Below are positions 45,326 through 55,814 of a DNA stretch of 64,000 nucleotides, piece after piece. The notes below the pieces were generated by a model that saw only the letters and a program-made list of their open reading frames with translations, did no database searches and was not told the DNA's origin. Source of the DNA: a phage; the sequence record PZ445447.1; one strand, 5' to 3'. How positions within the stretch are numbered: position 1 is the first letter of the stretch; each line of letters starts with the position of its first letter. Position numbers and translations under genes: made by a program.

Positions 45326-46186
45326 ACCGTTGACAGAAGTTAACGTATTGATTTGATAGAGCAAAGTCTGCATGCTGTCAAATACGTCTTTATCTGTCAT
45401 TTGCATTGCAACAGTCTCAGCATCTGGCAACCAATGTTCCTGGCAAAATTTAAGGTTCTTCTCATAGGTCGCTTCAGCATACTGTGCCAGATAATGATCA
45501 ATATGGCTCATAGTCTGACCACCATATTGAGCACTAGCTACTGCACTAGAGATTTGGCTAAGGATTGTTGTTGCAACCCCTATTGACTTCGGCTTACTGA
45601 CATGGGCGTTACCAATGTTGAATCCGTTTTCCAACATATCTGGATAATTTACCAAACAACAGTTTGTTAACGGACTGATCAAGTAGTCAAGATCATGCAC
45701 ATGGATGAAGCCCCTATTGTGCTCTTCTGAGACACGGTCTGGCAGGATCTGTGTTGATGCAAGGTGTTTGCTAAGGATGCCTGCAAGCAGGTCACGATGA
45801 GTGTGTACATGATTGGTAGGCTTATTTGCGTTTTCTTTTGTAAATTCATCACAAGTTCGATCCAAGAAGCCACTAATATCTGCAAGCAGTTTTCCACCTG
45901 CCTCTCTGTTATTATCTCTTGTCTGTCTATACTGGATGTATTCTCTGGCTGCACATTTTAAACCCATATCCATAAGAGCGTCTTCAACAAGGATATGGAT
46001 ATTTTTTACAGAGATCGTGCACTGATCGGTTGGTAGATTGTTAGCAACAACTTCATTAACCGCGCAGGCGATCCGGTAAGCTTCTTCTTCAGTATGTCCA
46101 GACTCAAGTAAGGCGGACTCTGCCGCCTTGATCACCTTAATTCCGTTATAGAACTCTTCTCTACCGTCCCGTTTTACAACTTTCAC
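45326..46186 (-). CDS. nrdD: anaerobic ribonucleoside-triphosphate reductase, exon 1 (N-terminal part)
   Basis: ATP-cone-like N-terminus MKVVKRDGREEFYNGIKV; ORF ends ...TSVNG with stop at intron start. Confidence 0.7.
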
Positions 46187-46461
46187 TTTTTCTCTCCAAA
46201 ACCATTCTTAACAAAAGAGATGAAATCGTCGGCACCGCCTATATGGACACTTTCAAGAGCGCTTTCTAAAAAGATCTGCGGCAACGTTCTGGGGACGATT
46301 GGACTACACTTCTCAATAAGCTCTTCTTTTGTGTAGCCCTCTCCAAGTGTCTTATATACAAAAGGTATACCTTTGCTGACTGCAAATTCTTTTGCTCTGA
46401 CACAATGTGGGCAGTTATCCTTACCGTAGATGATGATGAAAAAAGATTTTTCGCAGCTCAT
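46183..46461 (-). CDS. glutaredoxin/NrdH-like redoxin
   Basis: CPHC active site; 92 aa; adjacent to nrdB/nrdA. Confidence 0.7.
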   Translation of the reverse strand: MSCEKSFFIIIYGKDNCPHCVRAKEFAVSKGIPFVYKTLGEGYTKEELIEKCSPIVPRTLPQIFLESALESVHIGGADDFISFVKNGFGEKK

Positions 46462-46464
46462 ATA

Positions 46465-47553
46465 TTAAAACTCCCAAATTTCTTCTTCAGCGTCGTTAAC
46501 AGTTGTGTTGACGCGGTAGTCAGTGTTCGACATTTCTTGGTTTGCCGTCTGTTGCAATGAAGGTTTCATCCACACCTGCATAAACGGTAGCGGGTCCTTT
46601 GTTGGCGGCACAAAGTCTTTGTCGATGTCGTAGTAATCATAAATCGGTGAGCAGTTATAGTCAACCCATTCTTTAAGCAACGGTGAGTTAAGACCTATAA
46701 TCGCTCTTCCTTCGCTGAAAATATAGTCACTCCAACCGTACTCTTTGGTTCGTACTTCATCAAGAATCTCTTTTAACTCCCCCTTTATCTCAAGGAAGCT
46801 TTTCTCCCATGCGGGATCATTAAGCAGGATATCAATGATGGCAAAATCACCTTTCGAATGCAGCATTTCGTCAAGCATGATTTTTTGAACAAGCTGCGCC
46901 ACCTGAACAAAGATACCCTGTTCAGCTACTGCGAAAGTGCATGCAAAACTTGCAATAAACTCAATACTTTCCAGGGCTAAAAGTGCAAAAAGCGCTCTAA
47001 GAATGCATTTCCGCACAATATCTTCTTCAACACTAGAAGGATCCAGTCGGTATTTTGCACCAATAACCTCAAGCTCTTGCATGTATTTGACAATAACGCC
47101 AGATCTGCTCAGAACGTTTTGGTTTTCCTGAATCTCTTCTATAATCTCACGGGCATTTGGGAGGCATTGTCTAACAATCTCTGAGTAAGTTAGTGCGTGA
47201 AGAACTTCAATCTCTGACTGTTTCATCAATAGAGTGAAAAGCTCACTATTAGTGATGAATGGTGAAAAGAGGCAGATGATCGATCTTGCCGCAACGCTAT
47301 CAGCCTCCCATTGCCACATCAAGGTCTGCACCATCACGTCATAAGTTGACTTGGAGCATGTTACAAAATCTGAAATAGATTGCGACAAATCCACTTCATC
47401 CTCTGCCCAATCTTGCTCTTTTTGTTTTTTGTATAGTTCAAACAGTTGTGGATATTTTTTGTTGATAGAGTCATACATACCCATTTGCTGTCCTAGAAAC
47501 AGCGGATAGTCACCAGTTTTATGAGCGGTGTTCTCAGCATTAAATACAGCCAT
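46465..47553 (-). CDS. nrdB: ribonucleotide reductase small subunit (class I, beta)
   Basis: Di-iron ExxH motifs (EIEVLHALTYSE, DEMLHSKG); C-terminal acidic tail EEEIWEF. Confidence 0.85.
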   Translation of the reverse strand: MAVFNAENTAHKTGDYPLFLGQQMGMYDSINKKYPQLFELYKKQKEQDWAEDEVDLSQSISDFVTCSKSTYDVMVQTLMWQWEADSVAARSIICLFSPFITNSELFTLLMKQSEIEVLHALTYSEIVRQCLPNAREIIEEIQENQNVLSRSGVIVKYMQELEVIGAKYRLDPSSVEEDIVRKCILRALFALLALESIEFIASFACTFAVAEQGIFVQVAQLVQKIMLDEMLHSKGDFAIIDILLNDPAWEKSFLEIKGELKEILDEVRTKEYGWSDYIFSEGRAIIGLNSPLLKEWVDYNCSPIYDYYDIDKDFVPPTKDPLPFMQVWMKPSLQQTANQEMSNTDYRVNTTVNDAEEEIWEF

Positions 47554-47592
47554 TATTCTAACCTCTAAAATGGGGCCGAAGCCCCTTTAAAA

Positions 47593-49908
47593 TTATAGTG
47601 CACAACTTTCGCAATACGGATCTTCAACCGAACTATCTGCAATCAAAGGGTAGTTCTTTCTGGTTTCATCTTCAGCCTGTTTCTTGGCATGAAGTTCCTC
47701 TGCCAATGAGTCACCAGCACCAACCCTGGAGTTTAAATAATACCATGTCTTCATCCCGAATTTAGTGGCACGGATAAGGTACCCTAGCTGCTCCTTCATT
47801 GAAATTTTACCATCTTTCAACTTGGTGTAATCTATGTATAAATCCGCGCTGATTGCCTGACCTGTAAATTTTTGAATCACAGCATACATATCGATCATGT
47901 CGTTAGTATCAACGTCCCAAGCCGAGGTGTAATACTCTTTCAACTCATCATAGTCAGGAACGATAAACAGCACCTGCCCTTGTGGCGACTTTTTAAAGAT
48001 AATGTGCTCACGGACAGGATAAACCCCGTTAGTGGTGTTTGTTGCCAGCGAAGAGCTTTCATTAGGCATATATGCTTCAAGAACGCTATTACGTAGCCCA
48101 CCATTCTCAATGATTTCTTTACGTAACCCTTCCCAATCCTGTTTAAGAGAAGGATCTTTCACCACGCTATCGACCTCTTTGTTATAGGTGTCGATTGGTA
48201 ACCAACCTTCTGGATATTTTGTTTTATGCATCCACTCGCAGACACCACGCTCTTTTGCCAACCGTAAACTTGCCTTATGCAAGCTGTAGCTGTGAAGTTC
48301 TGCAAGATCGTGAACGAGCTGTTTACTTTCAGGAGACCCGTAAGTAACCTTGTGGCTGGCAATAAAATGTGCAACATTGGTAAGGCCAACCCCGATGGAT
48401 CTGCGTTTTTTAACTGTGCTTTCCATATTTTCATACGGATATGTCATGATTTCCATAACATTGTCAATCATAAGCACCGTATAGTATGCAACATCCTCAT
48501 ACTCCTCTGGAGTAACCCTCCCAGCTACAAGAGATGACAGGAAGCACAATGCAACCTCTCCATCATCAGCATCGTACTTGAAGATATTACGCATATCTGA
48601 ATAGCCTTTTGTCGGGAGGGCTATTTCTGCACACAGGTTGCTTGAATAGATCACATCTTTAAAAGGTGTATGTCTATTCATCTCATCTGTCCAGTATACG
48701 TACAGCCTTCCCACCTCAGTGCGCTGCGTGATCAGTTCAACAGCAAGATCTCTAGCTCGGATCCATGTTTTAGGAATACTGTCATCTTTAGCAATACGAT
48801 CAACCTCTGCATCAAACTCCTCCATAGACATGGTGAAGATACCCTCATGCAGTTGAGGCGCGTGCTTATAAGAAACAAGCATCCAATCTAAATTCTTAGC
48901 CACACGGTTGATAAACGACCTATTAATACCGATGGAGTAGTCCATGGTGTTGATTCTTTTTGAAGCAACAGTCATAGGGTTTCTCAAACGGATTAGCTCA
49001 TCAATCTGCGGGTCCAGTGCAAGGAATGATACTGTTGCAGAACCACCACGTGATTGTTGTCTGTTCTCCTTAACCCCAGCATCAATACCTCGATAATATG
49101 GAATCTTACCCATATGTTTAATAGTGTTACCACGAACACCATCGCCTGCAGATCTTGAGGATAAGTAGTAGCCGATACCTGCTTGGTTAACCGTCATTGT
49201 GTACGCAACTTCACGTGCCACACCAATAGATTTTGCTGTATCGTCAGCTTTTATTACACAACAAGATGCATACCCTGTCTTACCTGTGCGCAGCCCGTTT
49301 AAGTACGGTGTTGGGGCATTGATCTTTAAGTCGGACAGATAAGTGTATAATTTTACAACATCGTTGATACGACGTTCTTTCGGCATATTCTTCATGACAG
49401 CCATTGCTATCCCCATAAACATCATCTGGGGAGATTCAAACAAGGTGTCTTTAAGAGTATCCTTGATCCCGTATTTGTCGCGAAACTGTTTAAGGACTGC
49501 ATAGCCATAACCGAGATCTTTACTGTGGTCAATAACAGCGTCTAAAGTGTTTAGCTCGGTAAAGCTATAACCCATATCCTCCCAATAACCTTTCTCAACC
49601 ATGTCATTGTAAAATGATGGTAAGGAAGGGATCTTTGTAAACCCTCCAAAAGCCTCTTTATAGATCTGACCAATAAGAACACGACCAGCCATACGGGAAT
49701 GTGCTTCGTCTTTACGGCTAACACAAGAGTCTATAATAGCTTGGTTAACTTCTTTGGTTGTACATCCATCATACAACCGCTTGTAGGCATCCAGTGCAAT
49801 ATGTGACCAATTGCCGTTACCATCGTCACCGAAAATAGCTGCCTTATTTAAACGTTCTGGATCGAATGCCACTTCACATCCGTTGCTTTTAATTACCTTG
49901 GTGATCAA
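47593..49908 (-). CDS. nrdA: ribonucleotide reductase large subunit (class I, alpha)
   Basis: ATP-cone N-terminus; NLCAEIALPT active-site motif; C-terminal CESCAL; 771 aa. Confidence 0.9.
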   Translation of the reverse strand: MITKVIKSNGCEVAFDPERLNKAAIFGDDGNGNWSHIALDAYKRLYDGCTTKEVNQAIIDSCVSRKDEAHSRMAGRVLIGQIYKEAFGGFTKIPSLPSFYNDMVEKGYWEDMGYSFTELNTLDAVIDHSKDLGYGYAVLKQFRDKYGIKDTLKDTLFESPQMMFMGIAMAVMKNMPKERRINDVVKLYTYLSDLKINAPTPYLNGLRTGKTGYASCCVIKADDTAKSIGVAREVAYTMTVNQAGIGYYLSSRSAGDGVRGNTIKHMGKIPYYRGIDAGVKENRQQSRGGSATVSFLALDPQIDELIRLRNPMTVASKRINTMDYSIGINRSFINRVAKNLDWMLVSYKHAPQLHEGIFTMSMEEFDAEVDRIAKDDSIPKTWIRARDLAVELITQRTEVGRLYVYWTDEMNRHTPFKDVIYSSNLCAEIALPTKGYSDMRNIFKYDADDGEVALCFLSSLVAGRVTPEEYEDVAYYTVLMIDNVMEIMTYPYENMESTVKKRRSIGVGLTNVAHFIASHKVTYGSPESKQLVHDLAELHSYSLHKASLRLAKERGVCEWMHKTKYPEGWLPIDTYNKEVDSVVKDPSLKQDWEGLRKEIIENGGLRNSVLEAYMPNESSSLATNTTNGVYPVREHIIFKKSPQGQVLFIVPDYDELKEYYTSAWDVDTNDMIDMYAVIQKFTGQAISADLYIDYTKLKDGKISMKEQLGYLIRATKFGMKTWYYLNSRVGAGDSLAEELHAKKQAEDETRKNYPLIADSSVEDPYCESCAL

Positions 49909-50135
49909 TTTGCTTCCTCCACTTCACTAACGTATTTATCAAGGCAGGTATCAGTATCTTGCTGGATAAAAGTATCCTCTTCTACAGAGATATTTATAAT
50001 TTTACCTGTATACTCGTCATAATAGACATCATCATACATTTTAATATCGTTTGTCAGGCCATTGAACCAAAGCCAACCAACATACTCTGCCCGACTTGCA
50101 AAACCAAGATCCTTCCACTTGGAGTTATGACTCAT
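49905..50135 (-). CDS. hypothetical protein
   Basis: ATG after AAGGTGGTG RBS; in frame with ORF 49905-50213. Confidence 0.45.
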   Translation of the reverse strand: MSHNSKWKDLGFASRAEYVGWLWFNGLTNDIKMYDDVYYDEYTGKIINISVEEDTFIQQDTDTCLDKYVSEVEEAN

Positions 50136-50145
50136 CTTCACCACC

Positions 50146-50646
50146 TTAGCTTTCAATACCGAATAATTTTTCCAGGCGATGCAGATCTTCAAAATTGAAA
50201 GGTTCATCAACAATATGAATATCTTCAGCCTTTTCAGATTGTTTTGTATACTTTCTTACATTAACACGATCCTCTACAGGGATATCATACGGGAGATCTT
50301 GAACAAGCATTGCCTCACCAGGTGCTTTATCTACATCTAAAATATCTACACCGTTATACATTTGTGGGTATCTAAAGTCTGCACGCATGACACCAGCAAA
50401 TACATCTGCCTTTCGATAATGTGTTGGCTTATTTTTGCATCGAACGTTTTTTCCACGAAGAACATCAATACTTTTTAAATCAAACCCTACGGCAAAGAGT
50501 GCAGCTCGGAGACCGTTTCGTGTGCGAACGTTAAACCCGGGGACGGTAGATAGAAAATCTAAAGTAACTGAAATAAATGTCTTTTTAGGAATCATAACAT
50601 TACTCATATCTGTCTCCATTTCTGGCTCACCAACAAAGTGAGCCAT
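50146..50646 (-). CDS. hypothetical protein
   Basis: 166 aa between nrdA and ThyX-like gene; no confident motifs. Confidence 0.5.
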   Translation of the reverse strand: MAHFVGEPEMETDMSNVMIPKKTFISVTLDFLSTVPGFNVRTRNGLRAALFAVGFDLKSIDVLRGKNVRCKNKPTHYRKADVFAGVMRADFRYPQMYNGVDILDVDKAPGEAMLVQDLPYDIPVEDRVNVRKYTKQSEKAEDIHIVDEPFNFEDLHRLEKLFGIES

Positions 50647-50705
50647 TATTATAGATTATCTAATACTATTAGTCAACACAAAAGTTACCTATCGCTGTGA
50701 TAGGA

Positions 50706-51689
50706 TTAACCTTTCACGAAGTGGTTATTAAGCAGTTGTCTGTGCTGAACCCACCCACAAAAGTTGGCAGACCAGAATTTACCATCACGGTCTTGATGGG
50801 TTACACCTTCCTGCCAAGTACTGATGTCTTGTGTGATTTCACATGAAGACAGGTAGTAGTTTAAACGTTCCATTGCGTTATCGTGATCCATAGGTGTTGC
50901 CTGGTGCTCGTAAGGGCTTGCATGAATACGATCCCCACCAATCAATTTTTTAGCCACACTATCTGCCTTTTCAAACGTGCTGTCAATATTTCGATAAGAT
51001 ACTTGTGCACAGCAACTAGCACTGATAGACAGAGCTTCTTTAGTATCGAGAATGCAGAGCTTTCCTTCTGTGTCACGTACAGCGTAGTTAAACTCCCCGT
51101 CCAAATAAACGTGCTCTACATATGGAGTGTGCCATTGACCCGGTTTAAGGATTTCAGGAGTGCTATTCACAAGAGCCTCCCACATACAATTAGCTAACAT
51201 CTGAATCGTAGGATCCGCATCGTGCCAGCAACGGAGGTGGAAAAAATTATTCCACTCGGTGCTTGTTACAACTGTTTTCATGCGCTGAAAAGGCTCCACT
51301 AAGCGGTTACATACTTGCTTATGGTAACCAGCAAGGGCAAACTTCTCTGCATGCCAAGCGGCGTTTTTTGCAGCTTCTTTCCAAAACTCTTCCGGAGTTA
51401 GCTCCATATCAGTGTACTCTACACGGATCTTTTGATCGTGTTCCCCACCATCTTCCATTCCTCGCTTATTTACACCGAAGCGAACTGGCATTGCCGGATT
51501 CTCCACAATCTGTTGCAGCATCTTTCCGACAGGCACTGCACGGGAAGACATGGCGTTTCGGCTGAACACTCGGTGCGTCATAAGCTCTGAGTGAATAATT
51601 CGAGGATACTCTAGCTCAAAAGTGGTGATGCGCTTACCTTTCTCGGAAATGCTGTCAGCAATGATCTTTGCAGTGCACAGTTTTAGCAT
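50706..51689 (-). CDS. flavin-dependent thymidylate synthase (ThyX)-like protein
   Basis: LMTHRVFSRNAMSSR resembles ThyX RHR-x7-S signature (T in place of first R); 327 aa. Confidence 0.5.
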   Translation of the reverse strand: MLKLCTAKIIADSISEKGKRITTFELEYPRIIHSELMTHRVFSRNAMSSRAVPVGKMLQQIVENPAMPVRFGVNKRGMEDGGEHDQKIRVEYTDMELTPEEFWKEAAKNAAWHAEKFALAGYHKQVCNRLVEPFQRMKTVVTSTEWNNFFHLRCWHDADPTIQMLANCMWEALVNSTPEILKPGQWHTPYVEHVYLDGEFNYAVRDTEGKLCILDTKEALSISASCCAQVSYRNIDSTFEKADSVAKKLIGGDRIHASPYEHQATPMDHDNAMERLNYYLSSCEITQDISTWQEGVTHQDRDGKFWSANFCGWVQHRQLLNNHFVKG

Positions 51690-51889
51690 TATTTAGCTCT
51701 CCTTGTTTTAATTTTGGAAATTTCGTCTGGGTTTATGTTGGCCTTAAATGCAAGGTATCTGTTGAACATATCGGAGCACATGTCTTGGGTGATCCTGGAG
51801 GCATACACCAGCTTACCTCCCAGATCATACACCTCTAGCCAGTCACCGTATCTGACTACAGGATCGCCACCTTTAGAACATCTGCCCAT
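51689..51889 (-). CDS. hypothetical protein
   Basis: ORF track; 66 aa; coupled to downstream gene. Confidence 0.45.
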   Translation of the reverse strand: MGRCSKGGDPVVRYGDWLEVYDLGGKLVYASRITQDMCSDMFNRYLAFKANINPDEISKIKTRRAK

Positions 51890-51890
51890 T

Positions 51891-52484
51891 TCAAATACCT
51901 TCTAAAAACTTTCCTATTTTATACCAGCTATTAGCGGTATAGTCAACACTGACCTTTAACTCCTCAAATTGCTCATAAGGCGTATCTTTTAGGATTTTAA
52001 TAACTTCAGGGCGTGAAGCGAATTGGTTCAGGTATTCATGCCTGTCGTCAATTATAACATCTACAGCCACATTTCCCTTGAAATGCGTGGCGTAGAAGCC
52101 GTGACCCTGGGTGTGATCGTCCAGATCCATAAAATCACTAGTCCAACGCTTTAAGAACCTTGATTTAGATGCAAGGTGACCTTTCTTGCATACCGAGATA
52201 AATGCAAGCTTGTGACCACGAGCCACCAAATCTTTCATAACCTCAATAGCCCCCTCTTCAGGCTTAAGAAAGTCGTAGAGGAACGGGTCACTCCAGAAAT
52301 CAAAAGGCCCTATGATGTTTTCTTTGGGGCGATCAGGCCAATACTTTGACAGATCGTAATACATCAGCCCATTAGAAGGTTTAGCGACTGTCTTACTGGC
52401 TGGACCATATAAACGCTCCAACCACTCCCACCATGCTGTTCCTGAATCTACCAGTGTCAAATCTACATCAATACCGATTAACAT
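51891..52484 (-). CDS. HAD-family phosphatase, putative 5'-deoxynucleotidase
   Basis: HAD motif I IDVDLTLVDSG; 197 aa. Confidence 0.6.
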   Translation of the reverse strand: MLIGIDVDLTLVDSGTAWWEWLERLYGPASKTVAKPSNGLMYYDLSKYWPDRPKENIIGPFDFWSDPFLYDFLKPEEGAIEVMKDLVARGHKLAFISVCKKGHLASKSRFLKRWTSDFMDLDDHTQGHGFYATHFKGNVAVDVIIDDRHEYLNQFASRPEVIKILKDTPYEQFEELKVSVDYTANSWYKIGKFLEGI

Positions 52485-53095
52485 TCTTCTTGGGCCTCTT
52501 TAGAATCAATATACTTGCACACAATCTCCGATGCACATTCCCAAGGTGCACCTTCAGGGTTTACAACATCGAACTCAATTCCTTTTATTCCGTTCTTTTC
52601 CAGACTTAGATAGGTTCTGGAATCATTTCCCCAGTCATATCCGACACGGTGAATACGGAACAACAACAGATCTCCACCTGTGCTGTACGCGTACTCGCTA
52701 AGGCATGCCAGCTCCTCTTTGAATCCACCATCGGAGTAAACAACAACCCCTTTACCTTTAGGGAAATCTTTCTTCAAAGATGCGACTGCGGCTTTACCGA
52801 AAGCATCTTCACCAAAGATAGGTTTAATCAGATTTTCACTACAATGGATCATCCATTCTCGCGGAGAAACATGCTTGCCGTCTATCATTAAGAAAGGGCA
52901 AGGCTCTTCTTTGTAGTGGCGGTCATAAAGTGCATTCCAGATTTGAGGAGTTACGCCAGCTGCCTTAATTGCCACACTGAAGAGCATCTCCTTAACCTCA
53001 CGGTGGTGTGAGTTAGGAATAGCTTCCAACAAGAGATCTGCAATGTGATCCTTACCACTGCTGGGTGGGGCGTTAAGAACAATAATATCCATCAA
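52478..53095 (-). CDS. deoxynucleoside monophosphate kinase (T4 gp1-like)
   Basis: P-loop NAPPSSGKDHIADLL resembles T4 dNMP kinase N-terminus as I recall it. Confidence 0.6.
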   Translation of the reverse strand: MMDIIVLNAPPSSGKDHIADLLLEAIPNSHHREVKEMLFSVAIKAAGVTPQIWNALYDRHYKEEPCPFLMIDGKHVSPREWMIHCSENLIKPIFGEDAFGKAAVASLKKDFPKGKGVVVYSDGGFKEELACLSEYAYSTGGDLLLFRIHRVGYDWGNDSRTYLSLEKNGIKGIEFDVVNPEGAPWECASEIVCKYIDSKEAQEEC

Positions 53096-53295
53096 AAACC
53101 TCCGTGGTATTCTTCAACTGCATCAATAATACTTTTACACTTATCTACCAGCTCGTTAGCCACTACAGCATCGTCTTCCCAAACAGCTTCCTCGATCTGA
53201 TCAAGTAATGATCGCATCTTACCCATCATTTCTGGGATAAAGTCTTCTGAAAAGCTGTCTGGAATTGTTAACTTTAGTGTCATTGCGGTCTCCAA
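53092..53295 (-). CDS. hypothetical small acidic protein
   Basis: ORF track; 67 aa. Confidence 0.5.
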   Translation of the reverse strand: METAMTLKLTIPDSFSEDFIPEMMGKMRSLLDQIEEAVWEDDAVVANELVDKCKSIIDAVEEYHGGF

Positions 53296-53310
53296 TCATA
53301 CTATGCGTTA

Positions 53311-53769
53311 TTAGAAGTTTGTTTTTACACGTCCCTTTTCATCAACCTCGTTGTTGGCTAGAAGCGTTACAAAGTCTGTGAAACGGACATGAAGAACTCT
53401 TTTCTTATCAAGGTATCCTAAAGCCACCCCTGAGAAATTTAGCATCAAAGGGGCTAAAGAAGCTCTGGCACTGAAATGCTGTTGTTCTACCCTTCCAACA
53501 CCCTTAGTGTAGGATGGGTTAAGATTGTAAGTTCTGAATCCCAGTTTTGTTGGAGCTTTAGAATTAAAAACAACTTTATAGCGTTTCTTACTCAACTTAT
53601 GCTCCAGGATAAGCATTCCCTTATCACCCTTGATGAGTTGAAAATCTGTAAAGTGTTCTTTTAAGACAAAAGGTAGTGCCAGCCCCATCGCCTGCCCCCT
53701 TTGTACCGCTGTCTCACCAAAAGCTTTTGCATCAGTAAGTTCTTTGGTCAAGTCTATGCTTTTGATCAT
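53311..53769 (-). CDS. hypothetical protein
   Basis: ORF track; 152 aa. Confidence 0.5.
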   Translation of the reverse strand: MIKSIDLTKELTDAKAFGETAVQRGQAMGLALPFVLKEHFTDFQLIKGDKGMLILEHKLSKKRYKVVFNSKAPTKLGFRTYNLNPSYTKGVGRVEQQHFSARASLAPLMLNFSGVALGYLDKKRVLHVRFTDFVTLLANNEVDEKGRVKTNF

Positions 53770-54550
53770 ACCTAGTCTCCAAAATGTATTGTAGTTCTTT
53801 CTTACCTATACTCTTCATTCCAGCAGTCTTACCTGCTTCTTCTTGAAAAGAAGAATAGCATTCAGCAAACACTCTGTCAACACCGTCGACTAAAGATTTT
53901 ATGAAATATGTCGATTCTTCAGATTTTGGATCATCATCCCCCAATACTTTTCCAGCATTATACCCAACACGTCTTACACAGAAGTCGTAGTCATCTGGAG
54001 TGCTAAAAGAAAATAACTTATTCTCTCCAATCTCTACAGGATCCCTGTTGCACGCCTTTTTCTCCCAAATTTGGAAAACACACGGCACGTCATAAGGTTT
54101 GCCATTAAGTAGAAACGAGTTCTTAGGGCACCTTTCACTGTAGACAAGGTGCATCGACATGTCCAGTTTGTTTGCAAAAAATATTTTTTCAAATGTCCGT
54201 GGCAAGATGAAGGCTATAGCCCCTCCAAGCTCTAGCAATGATGCACAATGGTTAAAGAATTTGCAAGCTAAAGATGAATTCTTGCCAAATGGTGGGTTAC
54301 CTATGAAGACATCTGCCTTGGGATGCACCTCCAAGAAGTTTGCCTGAATGCACGGTGCTGGTCCTTCAAATTCAGGATCTGGTACTAGATCGTAAGACAG
54401 TATCTCTGAAAATAGTTTTGAAAAAGAACCCCTTCCAGCAGAAGGCTCAACGTATGCACAATTTCCATACTTATCTTTTACTTTACCAACAAGATATTCT
54501 GCATACTCAGGGTTTGTGTAATATTTGTCGTTGGACTCTTTCTTGCTCAA
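53732..54550 (-). CDS. DNA methyltransferase (N6-adenine or N4-cytosine type)
   Basis: Motif I VEPSAGRGSF and motif IV FIGNPPFG; TTG start after GGAGG RBS (no in-frame ATG before the motifs). Confidence 0.6.
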   Translation of the reverse strand: MSKKESNDKYYTNPEYAEYLVGKVKDKYGNCAYVEPSAGRGSFSKLFSEILSYDLVPDPEFEGPAPCIQANFLEVHPKADVFIGNPPFGKNSSLACKFFNHCASLLELGGAIAFILPRTFEKIFFANKLDMSMHLVYSERCPKNSFLLNGKPYDVPCVFQIWEKKACNRDPVEIGENKLFSFSTPDDYDFCVRRVGYNAGKVLGDDDPKSEESTYFIKSLVDGVDRVFAECYSSFQEEAGKTAGMKSIGKKELQYILETRYDQKHRLDQRTY

Positions 54551-54560
54551 AGTGCCTCCA

Positions 54561-54587
54561 AAAGGAAAAGGGAGGCGCAAGCCTCCC
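54561..54587 (-). terminator. rho-independent terminator (minus strand)
   Basis: GGGAGGC-TTGC-GCCTCCC followed on the minus strand by TTTTCCTTTT. Confidence 0.65.
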
Positions 54588-54596
54588 TATACTTGA

Positions 54597-55586
54597 TTAG
54601 ATTATCTGAATCAGGGTGTTTTTCATTTCTTCTCTGGTACGGATGTTGTTACGGTCACGAACAACAGATCCACAACCTTCGCAGCGATATGTTTTAAATG
54701 CACTCAGTTGAGTATACGCCAAAGCTTCTTCCTCGTGAAGGTGTTCTCCACCACAGCGTGGGCAACGAACTTTTGGCTCCTCATCCTGGTAGTACAATGA
54801 CATGTTGGGGTGCTGCTTAGCAAACGGGCGTGCCAGCAAATACAGGCCTTCCAGAGATAGGATATCACCAACATTGTACTCCCGCATCTGTTTAAACGCC
54901 TCAAGATCACCATGAACACACTTGATCCACATTTCAAATGTGTGGTCAATCAGTTTCTGTCGGGCAAGTTGGAAGTATTTGCATGCATACTCCAAAGTGT
55001 TTGCATTCAAACGGAATGCCTTCTTGATCATTTTAAGGGTGTCAACCTCTTTGTATGGGCTTGTTGGCGGCAACCCGTGAAATGCAAATCGTTGGTTTGC
55101 CCACCCACAGTCAAAACCTGAATTGTGGGCTACTGCGACATCACATTTATCCAGATAATACCACAAGTCCTGAATCAATTCGAGGTCATTGTGAATATCC
55201 TCATCCCACATTTTGTAATCTGGAAGAGCGCAGTCAACCACACTAGGACTGTCTAACCACTTACCTGCGAAAGTTAGCATATAGGGCATAATTTCAATAC
55301 CGCAGGTTTGAATGTTGGTCTTATAGTGCCCAAAGAACCAGCCGTTTGTTGGTGATGTTTCTGTATCATACACCCAAACTTTAGCTCCTTTGTGTTCTTC
55401 AAGGAAGCGCTCCGTTGCTTCTCCTACAATCTCTGACATATTCTCTTGTGCACGTTTAAGCTGTAGTCGGATCCAACTCTCACGTGACTCACGGCCTAAA
55501 AATTCACGAGCAATTTGTCTATTAGTGTATCCCTGCTGCTTTAGTGTTAAAATTTGCTCAAGAGTTAACTTTGTCATCATCGTCAA
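54597..55586 (-). CDS. putative 3'-5' exonuclease (DEDD family) with N-terminal HTH and C-terminal zinc ribbon
   Basis: VWVYDTET (Exo I-like), VAHNSGFD (Exo II-like), C-terminal CPRCGG...CEGCG. Confidence 0.5.
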   Translation of the reverse strand: MTMMTKLTLEQILTLKQQGYTNRQIAREFLGRESRESWIRLQLKRAQENMSEIVGEATERFLEEHKGAKVWVYDTETSPTNGWFFGHYKTNIQTCGIEIMPYMLTFAGKWLDSPSVVDCALPDYKMWDEDIHNDLELIQDLWYYLDKCDVAVAHNSGFDCGWANQRFAFHGLPPTSPYKEVDTLKMIKKAFRLNANTLEYACKYFQLARQKLIDHTFEMWIKCVHGDLEAFKQMREYNVGDILSLEGLYLLARPFAKQHPNMSLYYQDEEPKVRCPRCGGEHLHEEEALAYTQLSAFKTYRCEGCGSVVRDRNNIRTREEMKNTLIQII

Positions 55587-55592
55587 AATTCC

Positions 55593-55814
55593 TTAGTAAA
55601 ACTGAAGAATGTCTTTTAAAGCGAAGTCACGATATTCGCCCTTGTCTACATCAAAGGCATGCATCAACCACTGCTCTTCTTTATGATACTCTGTAGAGCC
55701 AAACCATAAATTAGGCTCAGTAACGCAGCGATCTGCAACAACACCTTTACAGTTACGGTATTTCATCCTGATCAGGACTGAGTCGCAAGGATTGAATACC
55801 TTTTTCATCCCCAT
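55593..55814 (-). CDS. hypothetical protein
   Basis: GAGGAGAGAG RBS; 73 aa. Confidence 0.55.
   Translation of the reverse strand: MGMKKVFNPCDSVLIRMKYRNCKGVVADRCVTEPNLWFGSTEYHKEEQWLMHAFDVDKGEYRDFALKDILQFY

Noticed and set aside
50146-50646. dUTPase or dCTP deaminase assignment for the gene between nrdA and ThyX-like
   Set aside because: Genomic context suggested it, but I could not find the RSS or GxIDxDYRG dUTPase motifs; left as hypothetical.
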